Shown: piece by piece, positions 20,949 to 31,445 of the stretch
Position numbering within the stretch: the first letter of the stretch is position 1
How the letters are laid out: every line of letters starts with the position of its first letter
Assembly (NCBI GenBank): GCA_965223425.1
Contig: OZ245003.1
Location: forward strand, 672,001 to 736,000
DNA: 64,000 bases
Source: Nitrosopumilus sp.
Lineage (GTDB): Archaea; Thermoproteota; Nitrososphaeria; Nitrososphaerales; Nitrosopumilaceae
Reading direction: 5' to 3'
Position numbers and translations under genes: made by a program
Notes under the pieces: generated by a model
What the model was told of the DNA's origin: nothing
Database searches by the model: none
What the model saw: only the letters and a program-made list of their open reading frames with translations

Positions 20949-22041
20949 TCAGCTAAGCGAAATCTGCTCTAATTCAGGCCAAATCGGCTACAAAATGCAA
21001 ACAGATCAATGAGGGTACGACCTCATGATTTTTGTTGCTTAGACAAAAAACCAGACCGGGCCGCGAACTGTTAAACAATCCACGCATATATGAAGATGTT
21101 GCAGACGGCGCCAAAAACATGCTTGCATGCGCCAACACATCAGACAGGTACAACGCAACGTTTGGACCAGATGATCTGAACTGCGGCATGCTAAAGGCTG
21201 CCACCATGGATTCCTCTGTGGGCGGATGCGCAAAGGCGCAAAGGCGCAAGGGCTGCGATACCCCGTCTGACAGGTGGATTGCATCGGCAATCAGGGGAAT
21301 TGAGCAGGATGCAATCCAGCACACGCTTGAGGGCCAGATAGCAAGGCATCTTGAAACCCTCAAAAGACTGGGCAGGTTTCCAAAAAAAGGACTGGACATG
21401 GCAATCGATATGCACCTCATACCGCGCTATGACAGGGTACCGGGGGCTGAGCTGACACGTTCCAAATACAAGAACGGAACCAAATACTTTGAGCGTTACA
21501 TGACAGTCCAGTGCGTAAATGACAAGATGCGTATCGTTCTTGCCGCATCATACCTGAAGATGCTCGAATCCGTGCCTGATTACGTGGATGCCGTCCTCAA
21601 AACCATGGCAGGGATGGGCATCAGGATACACCTGGCGTTGCTTGACCGTGAGTTCTTCTCAGTTGATGCGATAAGCAAGCTGCAGGAAAACAACGTAAAG
21701 TTTCTGATGCCGTGCAGGAACACGTACAACGTGGTGGCCGCCTGCAAGAGTTTGCACAGGGGAAGAGAAGAAAAATCTCAGGGAACGTAATTGAAAACAA
21801 CCTGGGTTCTGCTGCTGAATATTCCATGATAATAACTGACAGGAAAAAGGCCAAAGACTCTGATGACCCAGAAGGAGGTACATCGGGTTTGCAACAAACC
21901 ATCCCGCAGTCAGGACCGAGGTCTATGCCAAAAGATGGGGGATAGAGATGAGTACGGCAAAATCGAGGAGTGCAGGGCCAAGACACGGATCACAGACATG
22001 GAATCGCGGATGCTGTGCTTTTACTATTCTCTGGTATTGTA
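20949..22041 (+). pseudogene. ISH3/IS4-family transposase with several frameshifts, 3'-truncated
   Basis: MAIDMHLIPRY, LLDREFFSVD, then YIGFATN and YAKRWGIE in shifted frames; left end CAGCTAAGCGAAAT. Confidence 0.82.
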
Positions 22042-22211
22042 GACTTTATGCATAATTGACCCGTCAAATTTTTTCTGCAGCATACATTACCAAGACACAC
22101 AAAGCCAGTCCAGGAAATTATTTAATTTTGACGCAAAAGGCCGTGTAAATTCGCAGAAATTAGAAATCCGTGCGCACTCTTGCAGTGCCTCATGCACCCT
22201 GTGCTGTGCCG

Positions 22212-23492
22212 TCAATAACCAAGTGACGGCCGCTTTTTCTTTGCATCCCACAGCAGTTGAAAGTTCGCAAGGCCGGTACACACAGCCAGCTCCTCGCGAA
22301 ACCCCTCTACCGTGCCGTCATACGGGTCTGTCATCCTCGCCCACTGCTTTATTCTTCCGATGGCGTGCCCCGCCTTTACCCTCTTGGCGCTGATCCTTTT
22401 GTTCGAGTCCTTTTGCTGCTGCGTCAGCTCCGTCCGCGGCCTCTTTTTTTCCGGCATCTCAAGTGCTATTCCCGTGTAGTGATTGGCAATTCCCTGGTAT
22501 CCCTTGTCTACAAGTACCCGTATCCTGTCCTTTTCCGGAGTGTCCTTTTTGTACATGGATTTAGACCACCTGCCAAAGTCTATCGGATCCTCTCTTATCA
22601 TGGTAAGGTCATGCGTCCCGCCCTCAAAGGACCTGCCTGCTGCAAGTATCAGGCCTGCCCTGTTTGTTGTTATGGTGGTGTTAATCGTAAAGCGCTTCTT
22701 TTTGCCAGAGTACGTGTTTTTTCTTTTATCCTTGTCCTGCGGACGCTGCCTTGGCACCTCGGTGCCGTCAATTATGATGGTTCTGTCCGGCATTAGCTGC
22801 TCTAGCTGCTCTGATGTCTCGGCCTTTTTTACCAGACGGGTCATCCTGTCTGCAGTAGGCAGGATCCCTGCCAGCACGGAATCTGCGAACCGGAGGTACC
22901 TGCACACGGTGGACTGGTCAACATCAAACAGCACTCCCAGTGCATCCTGCGTCACGTTTGAGCGCTTGCGGAACAGCGCAAGCAGCAGGACGGACCTGCG
23001 GTCAAGCAGGCAGCGGTTTCCGGGATCCGGTGTTTCGTCCTCTGAAAAGAGCGGCGCGTCTTTGTTGTGCCTCTTTGACTCTGCCACAAAGTCGTTGCAG
23101 ATGTAGTCAAACTGGTCAAGGTCATACGAGGTAATCCCTGCAAGCTTTGCGCTGTTGTGCAGTATGCCATGGATCACCTCCCTGATGTGCAGCAGCGACG
23201 TGTCCGTATCAGAGCGGCCTGCATCTGTAACGGCCCACAGGCTGTCCTCGCGCAGCAGCTGCTGCTCGCGCAGCAGGCCAATCGTCTTCTCGCGCTTGCT
23301 GATTGCTCTGTTGTTCTGCTTGATTGCTCTGTTGTTCTGCTTGATTGCTCTGTTGTTCTGCTTGATTGCTGTGTCCTTTTGCTTGATTGCTGTGTCCTTT
23401 TGCTTGATTGCTGTGTCCTTTTGCTTGATTGCTGTGTCCTTTTGCTTGAGCTCCCTTTGCAGCCTGCGTATAGTCTGTTCTGAAGATTCCAT
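22212..23492 (-). CDS. IS5-family transposase with N-terminal heptad-repeat expansion
   Basis: HTH (LGVLFDVDQSTVCRY), IIDGTEVPRQRP, YSGKKK, DKGYQG; expected RxxVEH reads RVKAGH. Confidence 0.88.
   Translation of the reverse strand: MESSEQTIRRLQRELKQKDTAIKQKDTAIKQKDTAIKQKDTAIKQNNRAIKQNNRAIKQNNRAISKREKTIGLLREQQLLREDSLWAVTDAGRSDTDTSLLHIREVIHGILHNSAKLAGITSYDLDQFDYICNDFVAESKRHNKDAPLFSEDETPDPGNRCLLDRRSVLLLALFRKRSNVTQDALGVLFDVDQSTVCRYLRFADSVLAGILPTADRMTRLVKKAETSEQLEQLMPDRTIIIDGTEVPRQRPQDKDKRKNTYSGKKKRFTINTTITTNRAGLILAAGRSFEGGTHDLTMIREDPIDFGRWSKSMYKKDTPEKDRIRVLVDKGYQGIANHYTGIALEMPEKKRPRTELTQQQKDSNKRISAKRVKAGHAIGRIKQWARMTDPYDGTVEGFREELAVCTGLANFQLLWDAKKKRPSLGY
23298..23448 (-). repeat. 21-bp coding tandem repeats (KQKDTAI x4, KQNNRAI x3)
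   Basis: TTGATTGCTGTGTCCTTTTGC and TTGATTGCTCTGTTGTTCTGC units. Confidence 0.93.
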
Positions 23493-23650
23493 TACCTGTT
23501 GCGGCGATCAAAATGGATCTAAATCTTTCGGAAAAATTTTTATGATTCAATTATGCATAAAGTCTATTTTATGGTTTATCAAGCTTCATATCCATTTTTA
23601 ATAAAAAACCTAGATTATTTTATTCATTGCGAGAATGAATTCCCTATTTT

Positions 23651-23669
23651 ATCTCTCCCAGCACCATTC
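23651..23669 (+). repeat. Degenerate copy of the tRNA-Ser 3' end (putative attR)
   Basis: CTCCCAGCACCATTC vs tRNA CTCCCGGCGCCATTC (13/15), just before core genes resume. Confidence 0.55.
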
Positions 23670-23685
23670 CCAAATTCATTAATTA

Positions 23686-25008
23686 ATGTCTGGATTCTGT
23701 GATTTAGTTGTGTCTAGATATGATATTGCCATTATTGGTGGAGGTATACTGGGTACTTGTATCTCTAATTGGATTTCATCTCTTTATGACGTAGATGTGT
23801 GCGTCCTTGAAAAAGAATCTAATGTTGCTATGCATGCTAGTAGCAGAAACACAGCTGTTGTTCATTCTCCGTTCTATCTTAATCCTAAAACAAAAAAAAT
23901 TCTAGCAAAATCCGCACTTATTTCTTATGGTATGTGGGAGAAACTTGCAAAAATCTCTAATGTTCCTTGGAACAAGACCGGGGTGTTGGAGCTAGCACTT
24001 GATGAGAAACAGCACAAAAATCTTGAAGAGTATATGCAGTGGGGCAATGAAAATGGAATTCCTTCAAATGATCTAGAACTTTTAGATGGCAACCAAGTTT
24101 CTAAAATGGAGCCTAACGTAGAGTGTTATTCTGCCATTTTTTGTAAACGTGAGGTGTCCTCTGATTTTGGCGCATTTACCAATGCAATTAAAAAGGAATC
24201 AGAAAAACATGGAACAAATTTTCTTTTGGGAAAAAATGTAAAAAACATCAAACAAAATGAAAATGATTCTACAATAATTTTTAGTGACGATTCTAATGTT
24301 TCTGCCAAATTTGTAATAAACTGTGCAGGGGGCAATTCTTTAGATGTAGCACAAATGTTGGGTCTTGCAACTGAATACTCTGACCTTCATTTTAGAGGTG
24401 AATACTGGATTGCTGATTCCCCGTACAATGATCTAGTAAAAACTACAGTCTATACGGTTGCAGAATTCAAAGGATATCCGTTTTTAGATCCACATTGGAT
24501 AAAAAAAGCAAATGGTCAAACAGAAATTGGTCCCAACGCAGTTCCCGTTCCGAGCCCTGAAACTTATGAAGGATATGTTGGTGATATCGGAACCTCACTT
24601 TTAAAATTAAAAGATATAGTTACTGGTAATGCAAAAAAATTATTCTCTGATTCTGAGTTCTTATCTCTGATTTCAAAAGAATGGCTTAGCTCCATATCCA
24701 AGACTGCAATGATTAATCGGGTACAGAAGTTTATTCCAAAAATTCAACCTGAGTTCTTTTCACAAAAAGGAACTGCCGGTATACGTTCCCCAATCATTAC
24801 TCCACAAGGCAAATTCTTGTTAGATGTCATGGAACTTGAAAATGACCATTCTTTTAACATAATTAACTATAATTCTCCTGGAGCAACCGGCGCTCCTGCA
24901 TATTCGGCATTTGTCATTAAAAAATTACAAGAGAAGGGATTTTTGGATTTCAAGAAAAATACCGCAGAATCATTTTGGAGTTTTGATGACGTTCTCAATC
25001 AAGCTTAA
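23686..25008 (+). CDS. FAD-dependent oxidoreductase (LhgO/DadA family)
   Basis: IIGGGILG FAD motif, HASSRNTAVVHS, FRGEY, SPGAT. Confidence 0.85.
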   Translation: MSGFCDLVVSRYDIAIIGGGILGTCISNWISSLYDVDVCVLEKESNVAMHASSRNTAVVHSPFYLNPKTKKILAKSALISYGMWEKLAKISNVPWNKTGVLELALDEKQHKNLEEYMQWGNENGIPSNDLELLDGNQVSKMEPNVECYSAIFCKREVSSDFGAFTNAIKKESEKHGTNFLLGKNVKNIKQNENDSTIIFSDDSNVSAKFVINCAGGNSLDVAQMLGLATEYSDLHFRGEYWIADSPYNDLVKTTVYTVAEFKGYPFLDPHWIKKANGQTEIGPNAVPVPSPETYEGYVGDIGTSLLKLKDIVTGNAKKLFSDSEFLSLISKEWLSSISKTAMINRVQKFIPKIQPEFFSQKGTAGIRSPIITPQGKFLLDVMELENDHSFNIINYNSPGATGAPAYSAFVIKKLQEKGFLDFKKNTAESFWSFDDVLNQA

Positions 25009-25035
25009 TATCCTATGACAATCAAAATCTGAACT

Positions 25036-25305
25036 ATGCTTCCTGATAAATGTTCGGTAACAGAAGAAGGAAAACAATGTGTCAGTCCTCCAGAATTTAT
25101 TGTGTCAGTCATCGCCGATAAAGACGAATACATGGTCGGAGTTACCTGTGAAAGGCATAAACAAGTTGTGTCTGGTAAAATTGGAATTCTTCAAAATGAA
25201 GGCAAAATCTATGACGGAAAAATTGTCTTCTCTCCTGTTAAAGCGGTTGGAACCGATTGTATTCATGGAGACACAGATGATTTTGTTCAAATTGATATTA
25301 AATAA
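25036..25305 (+). CDS. Hypothetical protein with Cys/His motifs
   Basis: 89-aa ORF, CSV...CVSPP...TCERH, host-like composition. Confidence 0.65.
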   Translation: MLPDKCSVTEEGKQCVSPPEFIVSVIADKDEYMVGVTCERHKQVVSGKIGILQNEGKIYDGKIVFSPVKAVGTDCIHGDTDDFVQIDIK

Positions 25306-25341
25306 CCCCAAAAACTGAAATAATTTCAGAGCCGAGACTAT

Positions 25342-25719
25342 TTGTTGCTTTTAGAAATACTATCCGATCTAGTCAAAATTGATGACATCTTGTTTGTCGT
25401 AAAAAATAACGGAGCTACAAGCGAAATCAGGGGTGGTTCTCTTAGTATTAGGCAAAAAGAAAAGTGGATTACTGTTGGTGATAATGACGGTCCTGCCCAC
25501 ATGCATGTTGATTCAGATTTGATAAAGTCTGCCGAGTTTGTACAAGAAGAAAAGCCTGAACGCACTAGTTTTAGTGTACGATTTTTTAATGAAAATGGGG
25601 AGCGTGTTTTAGCAGCATTTTTTACAAAAATGTATGATGAATCTAAAACACTAATTTCCGAAAGAAAAAAAACCTATGATGAACTGAATCAAAAGTATTC
25701 TTCTAAAATTTTATTTTAA
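25342..25719 (+). CDS. HemS/ChuX/HutX-like heme-utilisation fold protein
   Basis: FVVKNNGATSEI...HMHVD...SFSVRFFNENGERVLAAF. Confidence 0.6.
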   Translation: MLLLEILSDLVKIDDILFVVKNNGATSEIRGGSLSIRQKEKWITVGDNDGPAHMHVDSDLIKSAEFVQEEKPERTSFSVRFFNENGERVLAAFFTKMYDESKTLISERKKTYDELNQKYSSKILF

Positions 25720-25759
25720 AAAAAACCTTGTCTGAAAAAGACAAGGAGAAAAAATATTA

Positions 25760-25846
25760 TTATTCGGTTTCTTTTTTCTTCTTCTCTTTTTCAGATTGTA
25801 GTTTAGCTAATTCTAATTCTTCATTAGTATGTTTGAATTTTTTCAA
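25760..25846 (-). CDS. Possible 28-aa charged micro-protein
   Basis: TTG-KKFKHTNEELELAKLQSEKEKKKKETE-stop in an intergenic gap. Confidence 0.25.
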   Translation of the reverse strand: MKKFKHTNEELELAKLQSEKEKKKKETE

Positions 25847-25915
25847 TCTAATACTAGATTATAATTTAGATATAAAAACTGCACATTTTTTTGGATCATA
25901 ACTCATGCGTAAAAA

Positions 25916-26884
25916 TCAATATCCTACTGAATAGATCGGTTTTTTCCCATTTATCCCAAGATTCAGATTTTTTACAGCAATTTCTGCCATTTTGTATCTT
26001 GTCTCTTTTGTGGAGCTTCCTATGTGCGGTGCTAATACCACATTTTGCAATTTTACTAATGGGTGGTTTTTACTGATGGGCTCTGTTTCAAACACGTCTA
26101 ACCCTGCGCCTGCGATTATTTTTTTCTTCAGGGCCACTACAAGCTCTTTTTCATTCACTATCATACCTCGTGACGTATTTATCAAAAATGCAGATTTTTT
26201 CATTTTTCTAAAAATTTTCATATTAAACATGTGCTCTGTTTCTTTTGTATGTGGGACATGGACTGAAATTATATCACTTTGAGCAACTAATTTTCCAAAT
26301 GAGACGTATTTTATTCCCAGTGTACTTTCCTTGGTTTTAGAAACACGATTTCTGTTGTGATATATTAATTTCAAATCAAATGCCTTTGCCCTTTTTGCAA
26401 GAGTTTTGCCGATTCTTCCTAAACCTAAAATGCCAAGAGTTTTACCTTGCAGATCCAGTCCTGTATAGTCATATGCACCGAATATCTCCCCCCATCTCCC
26501 TTCTCGAATCATTCTATCCCCTTCTGAAACCCTTCTTAGTATGTCCAGCATTAACGAAAATGCGAGATCTGCAGTTGCGTCTGTTAGTACCTCAGGGGTA
26601 TAGCCTACACGAATTTTCTTTTTCTTTGCATGTGCAATATCTATGTGATCAAAACCGACACTATAGGTACTAACTACTTTGAGATTTTCAGCCAAATTCA
26701 GTGCCTCTTTATTGATTTTGTCATAAGGAAAGCAGATCAATCCTTCTATTTCTTTTATTTTTGAACGCAGTTTAGTTTGAGGGATTGGAATTTTTCCAGA
26801 ATGAATTTCTATTTGATATCTTTTTTTTAATTTCCTTAATGAAGAATCATGCAGTCTTCTTGTAAGAAACACTTTCTTTCTCAT
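25916..26884 (-). CDS. D-2-hydroxyacid dehydrogenase (glyoxylate reductase/D-glycerate dehydrogenase type)
   Basis: SVGFDHID, GILGLGRIG, INTSRG, LDVFETEP, PHIGS. Confidence 0.92.
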   Translation of the reverse strand: MRKKVFLTRRLHDSSLRKLKKRYQIEIHSGKIPIPQTKLRSKIKEIEGLICFPYDKINKEALNLAENLKVVSTYSVGFDHIDIAHAKKKKIRVGYTPEVLTDATADLAFSLMLDILRRVSEGDRMIREGRWGEIFGAYDYTGLDLQGKTLGILGLGRIGKTLAKRAKAFDLKLIYHNRNRVSKTKESTLGIKYVSFGKLVAQSDIISVHVPHTKETEHMFNMKIFRKMKKSAFLINTSRGMIVNEKELVVALKKKIIAGAGLDVFETEPISKNHPLVKLQNVVLAPHIGSSTKETRYKMAEIAVKNLNLGINGKKPIYSVGY

Positions 26885-26935
26885 TAATTTGAGATTTATC
26901 TCAAACCATTTATACGATCTCTTTGTAAATTTAAC

Positions 26936-27085
26936 ATGTCTTCTGAGATTGAGGAGGAAGAAGCAGAGTTTGCCATCTGTGTAGAGTGTGGAAATGCTAT
27001 TGAAAAATGTGTTTGTGTCTGTCCTTATTGTGGAGAACGTGACAAATGCGAGTGTGCCTTATTTGATGCAGCAACTGGAGGTTAA
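26936..27085 (+). CDS. Small 8-Cys protein (49 aa), not in the ORF track
   Basis: MSSEIEEEEAEFAICVECGNAIEKCVCVCPYCGERDKCECALFDAATGG; TTTATA about 25 nt upstream. Confidence 0.7.
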   Translation: MSSEIEEEEAEFAICVECGNAIEKCVCVCPYCGERDKCECALFDAATGG

Positions 27086-27134
27086 TTAGGTTGATAAAAC
27101 AGATTATTGATGTTCAAATTAAAGGTGACTTGCT

Positions 27135-29045
27135 GTGAGTGTGGTTGATTTTACTTGGTTGATAGGAGGCCCACAAGGAAGTGGTGTTGAATCTGGTGCA
27201 AATATTTTCTCCAAAGTCTGTGCAACAATGGGATATCAGATATTTGGCAAACGAGAGTTTTACTCTAACATCAAAGGAGAACATAGTTATTTTACAGTCA
27301 GAGTCTCAAACGAGAATATTCATTCTAACGTAAATGATGTAACATTAATGGCATCATTTGACGCAGAAACCATTTTTCGTCATTTTGATGAAGTTTCTTC
27401 CAATGGTGGAATAATTTATGATTCTGAATTAGAAAATATTGATACTGATAAAGTTCGCACTCTTGATTCTCCATTCAAGGAACGATTACATAAATTTCTT
27501 GAGTCAAAAAACAAGCCATTTACAATTGCTGGCGTTCTTGAGGTTGCTAAAGAGAAAGGTGTTAATCTTTACCCTGTATCGTTTAAGACCATTTTAGAAG
27601 ACATGGCTAAAGAGACTGACAACCCAAAATTACGTGGTCTAGTTAGAATGTACAACGTGATTGGAGTATCATTATCTCTGGGATTGATCAAAATGCCATC
27701 TGATTCTTTACTTGATGCAATAGATGCAATATTCTCAAAAAAACCCCAAATTGCAGAAATAAACAAGCAGGTTGCAAACTATTCTTATGATTATGCTTCA
27801 ACTAGGTTTGAAAATTTTGGACATAGTTTAACTGGAACAACAAAACAACCTGAAACAATCCTTGTTCAGGGTCATTATGGAACCTCAATTGGAAAAATGG
27901 TTTGTGGATGTAGATTTCAGTCATATTATCCAATCACTCCAGCTTCAGATGAAAGTGTCCACCTAGAATCAAATGAAATTTTACAAGTTCAAAATAATAG
28001 ACCTGGTTCTACTGCAGTAATTCAAACCGAAGACGAGATTTCTGCAATGGGAATGATGATTGGTGCTGCATTAACTGGCACGCGTTCTTCAACATCTACT
28101 TCTGGTCCGGGATTTGCATTGATGACTGAGGCATTGGGATGGGCCGGAATTAATGAAGTTCCTGTTGTGATTACCCTGTACCAGAGAAGCGGACCTTCAA
28201 CGGGTCTTCCAACTAGACATGGACAAGATGACTTGCTTTTTACAGTATTTGCAGGGCATGGAGATTTTCCAAAAATTGTTTATGCATCTGGTGATATTGA
28301 AGAGAGTTTCTATGATACTGGCAGATGTTTTAATTATTCTGACACATACCAACTTCCAGTAATCCACATGATGGACAAGTTTCTATCCAGTTCAGTTGTT
28401 ACCTGTAAAAAATTTGATCCAAACAAGATTTCAATTGATAGGGGCAAACTACTAGACAAAGTTGAGGGTGAATACAAAAGATTTGCCTTTACCGATGATG
28501 GGATATCTCCCCGTTCTAGACTTGGGTTAGATAATGGTGTGTTTTGGAATACTGGTGATGAATCTGACGAATATGGACACATTACTGAAGATCCTCAAAT
28601 CCGAACAAAGATGATGGACAAAAGAATGTCTAGACTGGATTTAGTATTACAAAAAATTCCCACTGACGAACAAGTGGTATCTTTTGGAGTGCATGAATAT
28701 ACAATAATTTCATGGGGTTCTGCTAAAGGACCAATTATTGATGCGCAATCCATGCTACAAAAAGAAGGAATTGATGTTGGCTTTGTTCAAATAAAACTTC
28801 TCCATCCATTTCCAGGCGAACATGTGAAATCCCTTCTTAAAGATGCTAAAATATTGATTGACATAGAGGCAAATCATTCTGGACAATTAGGAAAACTCTT
28901 CAAACAAAACGTATCCCGAGAAATTGATTACCATGTCTTAAAATATACGGGTAGGGGAATGACTAGCACTGAAATTTATGATTCACTAAAGAAGATTGTT
29001 GAAAACAAGGCTTCAAAACGGGAGGTTCTAAGCCATGGCGCTTAA
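27135..29045 (+). CDS. korA: 2-oxoacid:ferredoxin oxidoreductase alpha (gamma-alpha fusion)
   Basis: [44 protein letters not shown]. Confidence 0.92.
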   Translation: MSVVDFTWLIGGPQGSGVESGANIFSKVCATMGYQIFGKREFYSNIKGEHSYFTVRVSNENIHSNVNDVTLMASFDAETIFRHFDEVSSNGGIIYDSELENIDTDKVRTLDSPFKERLHKFLESKNKPFTIAGVLEVAKEKGVNLYPVSFKTILEDMAKETDNPKLRGLVRMYNVIGVSLSLGLIKMPSDSLLDAIDAIFSKKPQIAEINKQVANYSYDYASTRFENFGHSLTGTTKQPETILVQGHYGTSIGKMVCGCRFQSYYPITPASDESVHLESNEILQVQNNRPGSTAVIQTEDEISAMGMMIGAALTGTRSSTSTSGPGFALMTEALGWAGINEVPVVITLYQRSGPSTGLPTRHGQDDLLFTVFAGHGDFPKIVYASGDIEESFYDTGRCFNYSDTYQLPVIHMMDKFLSSSVVTCKKFDPNKISIDRGKLLDKVEGEYKRFAFTDDGISPRSRLGLDNGVFWNTGDESDEYGHITEDPQIRTKMMDKRMSRLDLVLQKIPTDEQVVSFGVHEYTIISWGSAKGPIIDAQSMLQKEGIDVGFVQIKLLHPFPGEHVKSLLKDAKILIDIEANHSGQLGKLFKQNVSREIDYHVLKYTGRGMTSTEIYDSLKKIVENKASKREVLSHGA

Positions 29046-29997
29046 ACTTGCTGACTATAAAACTGATGTTCATAATGATTGGTGTCCTGGCTGTGGTGAT
29101 TTTGGAATAGTAAACGCATTGCAGATGGCATTGGCAGAAATGGGAATAGAAAGAGACAAGGCCACAATCTTTTCAGGTATTGGGTGTTCGGGGAAAACTT
29201 CCCACTTTATCAATACATACGGAGTTCATACCCTTCATGGCAGAGTCCTCACTTTTGCACAGGGTGGAAAACTTGCAAATCCTGAGATGACTGTAGTTGC
29301 AGTTGGTGGCGATGGCGATGGTTTGGGAATCGGAGCAGGCCACTTTGTTGCAGCTGGCAGAAGAAATGTAGACATGACTTACATAATTTTTGACAATGGC
29401 GTTTATGGCTTGACAAAAGGACAAGCATCTCCCACTCTGAAACTTGGTGAAAAAACCAAATCACTTCCTTCACCAAATACAAATTATAATGTTAACCCAA
29501 TTGGTTTGGCCATAGCAAGTGGTTTTACATTTGTTGCTAGAGGATATTCTTATGATGTTCGGCATCTCAAGGATTTGATAGTTCAGGCAGTTAAACACAG
29601 GGGTTTATCATTTCTTGATGTTTTACAGCCATGTCCTACTTACAATGATATCAACACCAGAGATTGGTATGCTGGTGCGGATCTGGCTAAAGAGTCCATG
29701 GAAAGACACTCTCGAATTTACAAACTTGAAGATACGCATTATGAACCATGGGTACATTATGCTGAAGAGGCTGAAGTTAACGAAAAACTATCTCAAGCAT
29801 TGATTAAATCCCTGGAATGGGGAAACAAAATACCGACAGGCGTCTTTTATCAAAACGAACTTGTTTCGCCTTATACGATGAGAATTACTGATAAAATTCC
29901 AAATTATCTTGAAAATCCGCCAGCTAAGCAAAAAATTTCAGAAAATGGATTGCCCATTACAGATGTTTCTGAAATTCTTGATTCTTTAGAAGTTTAG
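29035..29997 (+). CDS. korB: 2-oxoacid:ferredoxin oxidoreductase beta
   Basis: [33 protein letters not shown]. Confidence 0.93.
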   Translation: MALKLADYKTDVHNDWCPGCGDFGIVNALQMALAEMGIERDKATIFSGIGCSGKTSHFINTYGVHTLHGRVLTFAQGGKLANPEMTVVAVGGDGDGLGIGAGHFVAAGRRNVDMTYIIFDNGVYGLTKGQASPTLKLGEKTKSLPSPNTNYNVNPIGLAIASGFTFVARGYSYDVRHLKDLIVQAVKHRGLSFLDVLQPCPTYNDINTRDWYAGADLAKESMERHSRIYKLEDTHYEPWVHYAEEAEVNEKLSQALIKSLEWGNKIPTGVFYQNELVSPYTMRITDKIPNYLENPPAKQKISENGLPITDVSEILDSLEV

Positions 29998-30045
29998 AGA
30001 CATTTACCTAACAAGTTATAGACTAGTTTGTAGATAATTCTGCTG

Positions 30046-30480
30046 TTGAATATCTACGAGGCAAATAAAATATTCCGAAAATCCATCATCAAAGGATTCT
30101 TTGAACCCCAGCTGGTTAATCTTGATTTTAAAAAATCTTCCGTAAAGCACCCTTCCATAAACGATGATGGTTTGATGCAGTCAGACTTGCTTCATATTTT
30201 TTTTGATGTGGAAACTGGCTCTGATTATCCGGACGGTGATGAATGGTTTATCGTTGAGATGCTGTTTCCTCACGATGTAAAATTTCCTGATAGCTTGAAA
30301 GGTCCTGATTATTTTACTACTCTTTCAGTTGATGAAGGTAAAACATATTGGCATCATCGTGAATTGATTCGCTACAAACATGGAAAATCTAAAAAATTAG
30401 ATAATGCTTTGGACTTTTTAGAGTCAAAATACAAAGAACTTCATGGATTGTTAGAACCGCTACAAAAAGATCTCAAATAA
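30046..30480 (+). CDS. Hypothetical protein
   Basis: 144-aa ORF, host-like composition. Confidence 0.65.
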   Translation: MNIYEANKIFRKSIIKGFFEPQLVNLDFKKSSVKHPSINDDGLMQSDLLHIFFDVETGSDYPDGDEWFIVEMLFPHDVKFPDSLKGPDYFTTLSVDEGKTYWHHRELIRYKHGKSKKLDNALDFLESKYKELHGLLEPLQKDLK

Positions 30481-31006
30481 TCTCTTTCCAAGAATCACCC
30501 CTGAAAGAATATCTCTTGTTTCCAGAAGATGCCGTATTAAGACGCCACCTAATTGATTTTGAGTCAAACATGTATGTGATCTCTGAGACCTGCGATGGTA
30601 ATTTTTCAGGATCTAGATGATATGGCAACAACTCTAAAACAAAATCAATTTTTTCTACAGCGTTATCAAACCATTGCCTGTCCTCAATATCTACGGTAAA
30701 CACAATTTTTGGATTTCCAGCAAAATTAATCTTGATTTTTAGCGCATTACCGGCTCCTCTTCTTCGCTTCATCTCTTTGAAAATCGCTTTAACTTTTTCC
30801 CAACGTTTAAAGTCAAACCATTGAAAAAATGCGTCATTAAATGCCAGAGGAATATTTACGTCTAAGAAACTCACAAAATCCTTGTCGTTTGGTTCAATTT
30901 CATCTTGAATGACCGTAAAATGGGAGTTTAGAAATCCGTACAGAACTTCAATTTCCCAGGGTGAAATTCCATAATACCGCAATGTGGTCTCCAAACTTTC
31001 TGACAA
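30473..31006 (-). CDS. Hypothetical protein
   Basis: 177-aa ORF, host-like composition. Confidence 0.65.
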   Translation of the reverse strand: MSESLETTLRYYGISPWEIEVLYGFLNSHFTVIQDEIEPNDKDFVSFLDVNIPLAFNDAFFQWFDFKRWEKVKAIFKEMKRRRGAGNALKIKINFAGNPKIVFTVDIEDRQWFDNAVEKIDFVLELLPYHLDPEKLPSQVSEITYMFDSKSIRWRLNTASSGNKRYSFRGDSWKEII

Positions 31007-31111
31007 TACTCTAAAATCATAAAAATTGTAATTAAAGCTTCAAGCCTAGGTACTATTAGGTCAATTTCGTCTTAAAATTAAAATTATATGGTGCGAGTTA
31101 TTATTATCGAT

Positions 31112-31444
31112 ATGAAGAGAGAATTTGTTGTAAGAAGCATAGATGCGGCGCCTGACGGTGCACCATATGTCCTGGTTTCATTATCCTCTGTTAAAGACCT
31201 TAAGGAAGGAGGAACCCAAAACCCTCAACCGCCTTTTGGCAGTCCCAAAGTCATGGGATTTACAAACATGAACGACATGATGAAAGATCTAAACAAGATG
31301 CTATCTGGCATGGGAGGAGGAATGGGAATGCAAAATGGTGTTACACAACTGAAACTTGAAATGCATGAATACAAAGACATGGGTCTTGCAGTTGGTGATA
31401 AAGTATTTCTGGAGTTAAGCAAAGCCGAAACTCTGGGCGTTTAA
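31112..31444 (+). CDS. Hypothetical protein with Met/Gly-rich insert
   Basis: MKREFVVRSID...MHEYKDMGLAVGDKV. Confidence 0.65.
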   Translation: MKREFVVRSIDAAPDGAPYVLVSLSSVKDLKEGGTQNPQPPFGSPKVMGFTNMNDMMKDLNKMLSGMGGGMGMQNGVTQLKLEMHEYKDMGLAVGDKVFLELSKAETLGV

Positions 31445-31445
31445 T

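Larger units (their letters stand above)
22042..23564 (-). mobile_element. IS5-family (DDE_Tnp_4/ISL2-like) insertion sequence
   Basis: Perfect 18-bp TIR GACTTTATGCATAATTGA (22042-22059 / 23547-23564) flanked by TA on both sides. Confidence 0.9.
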
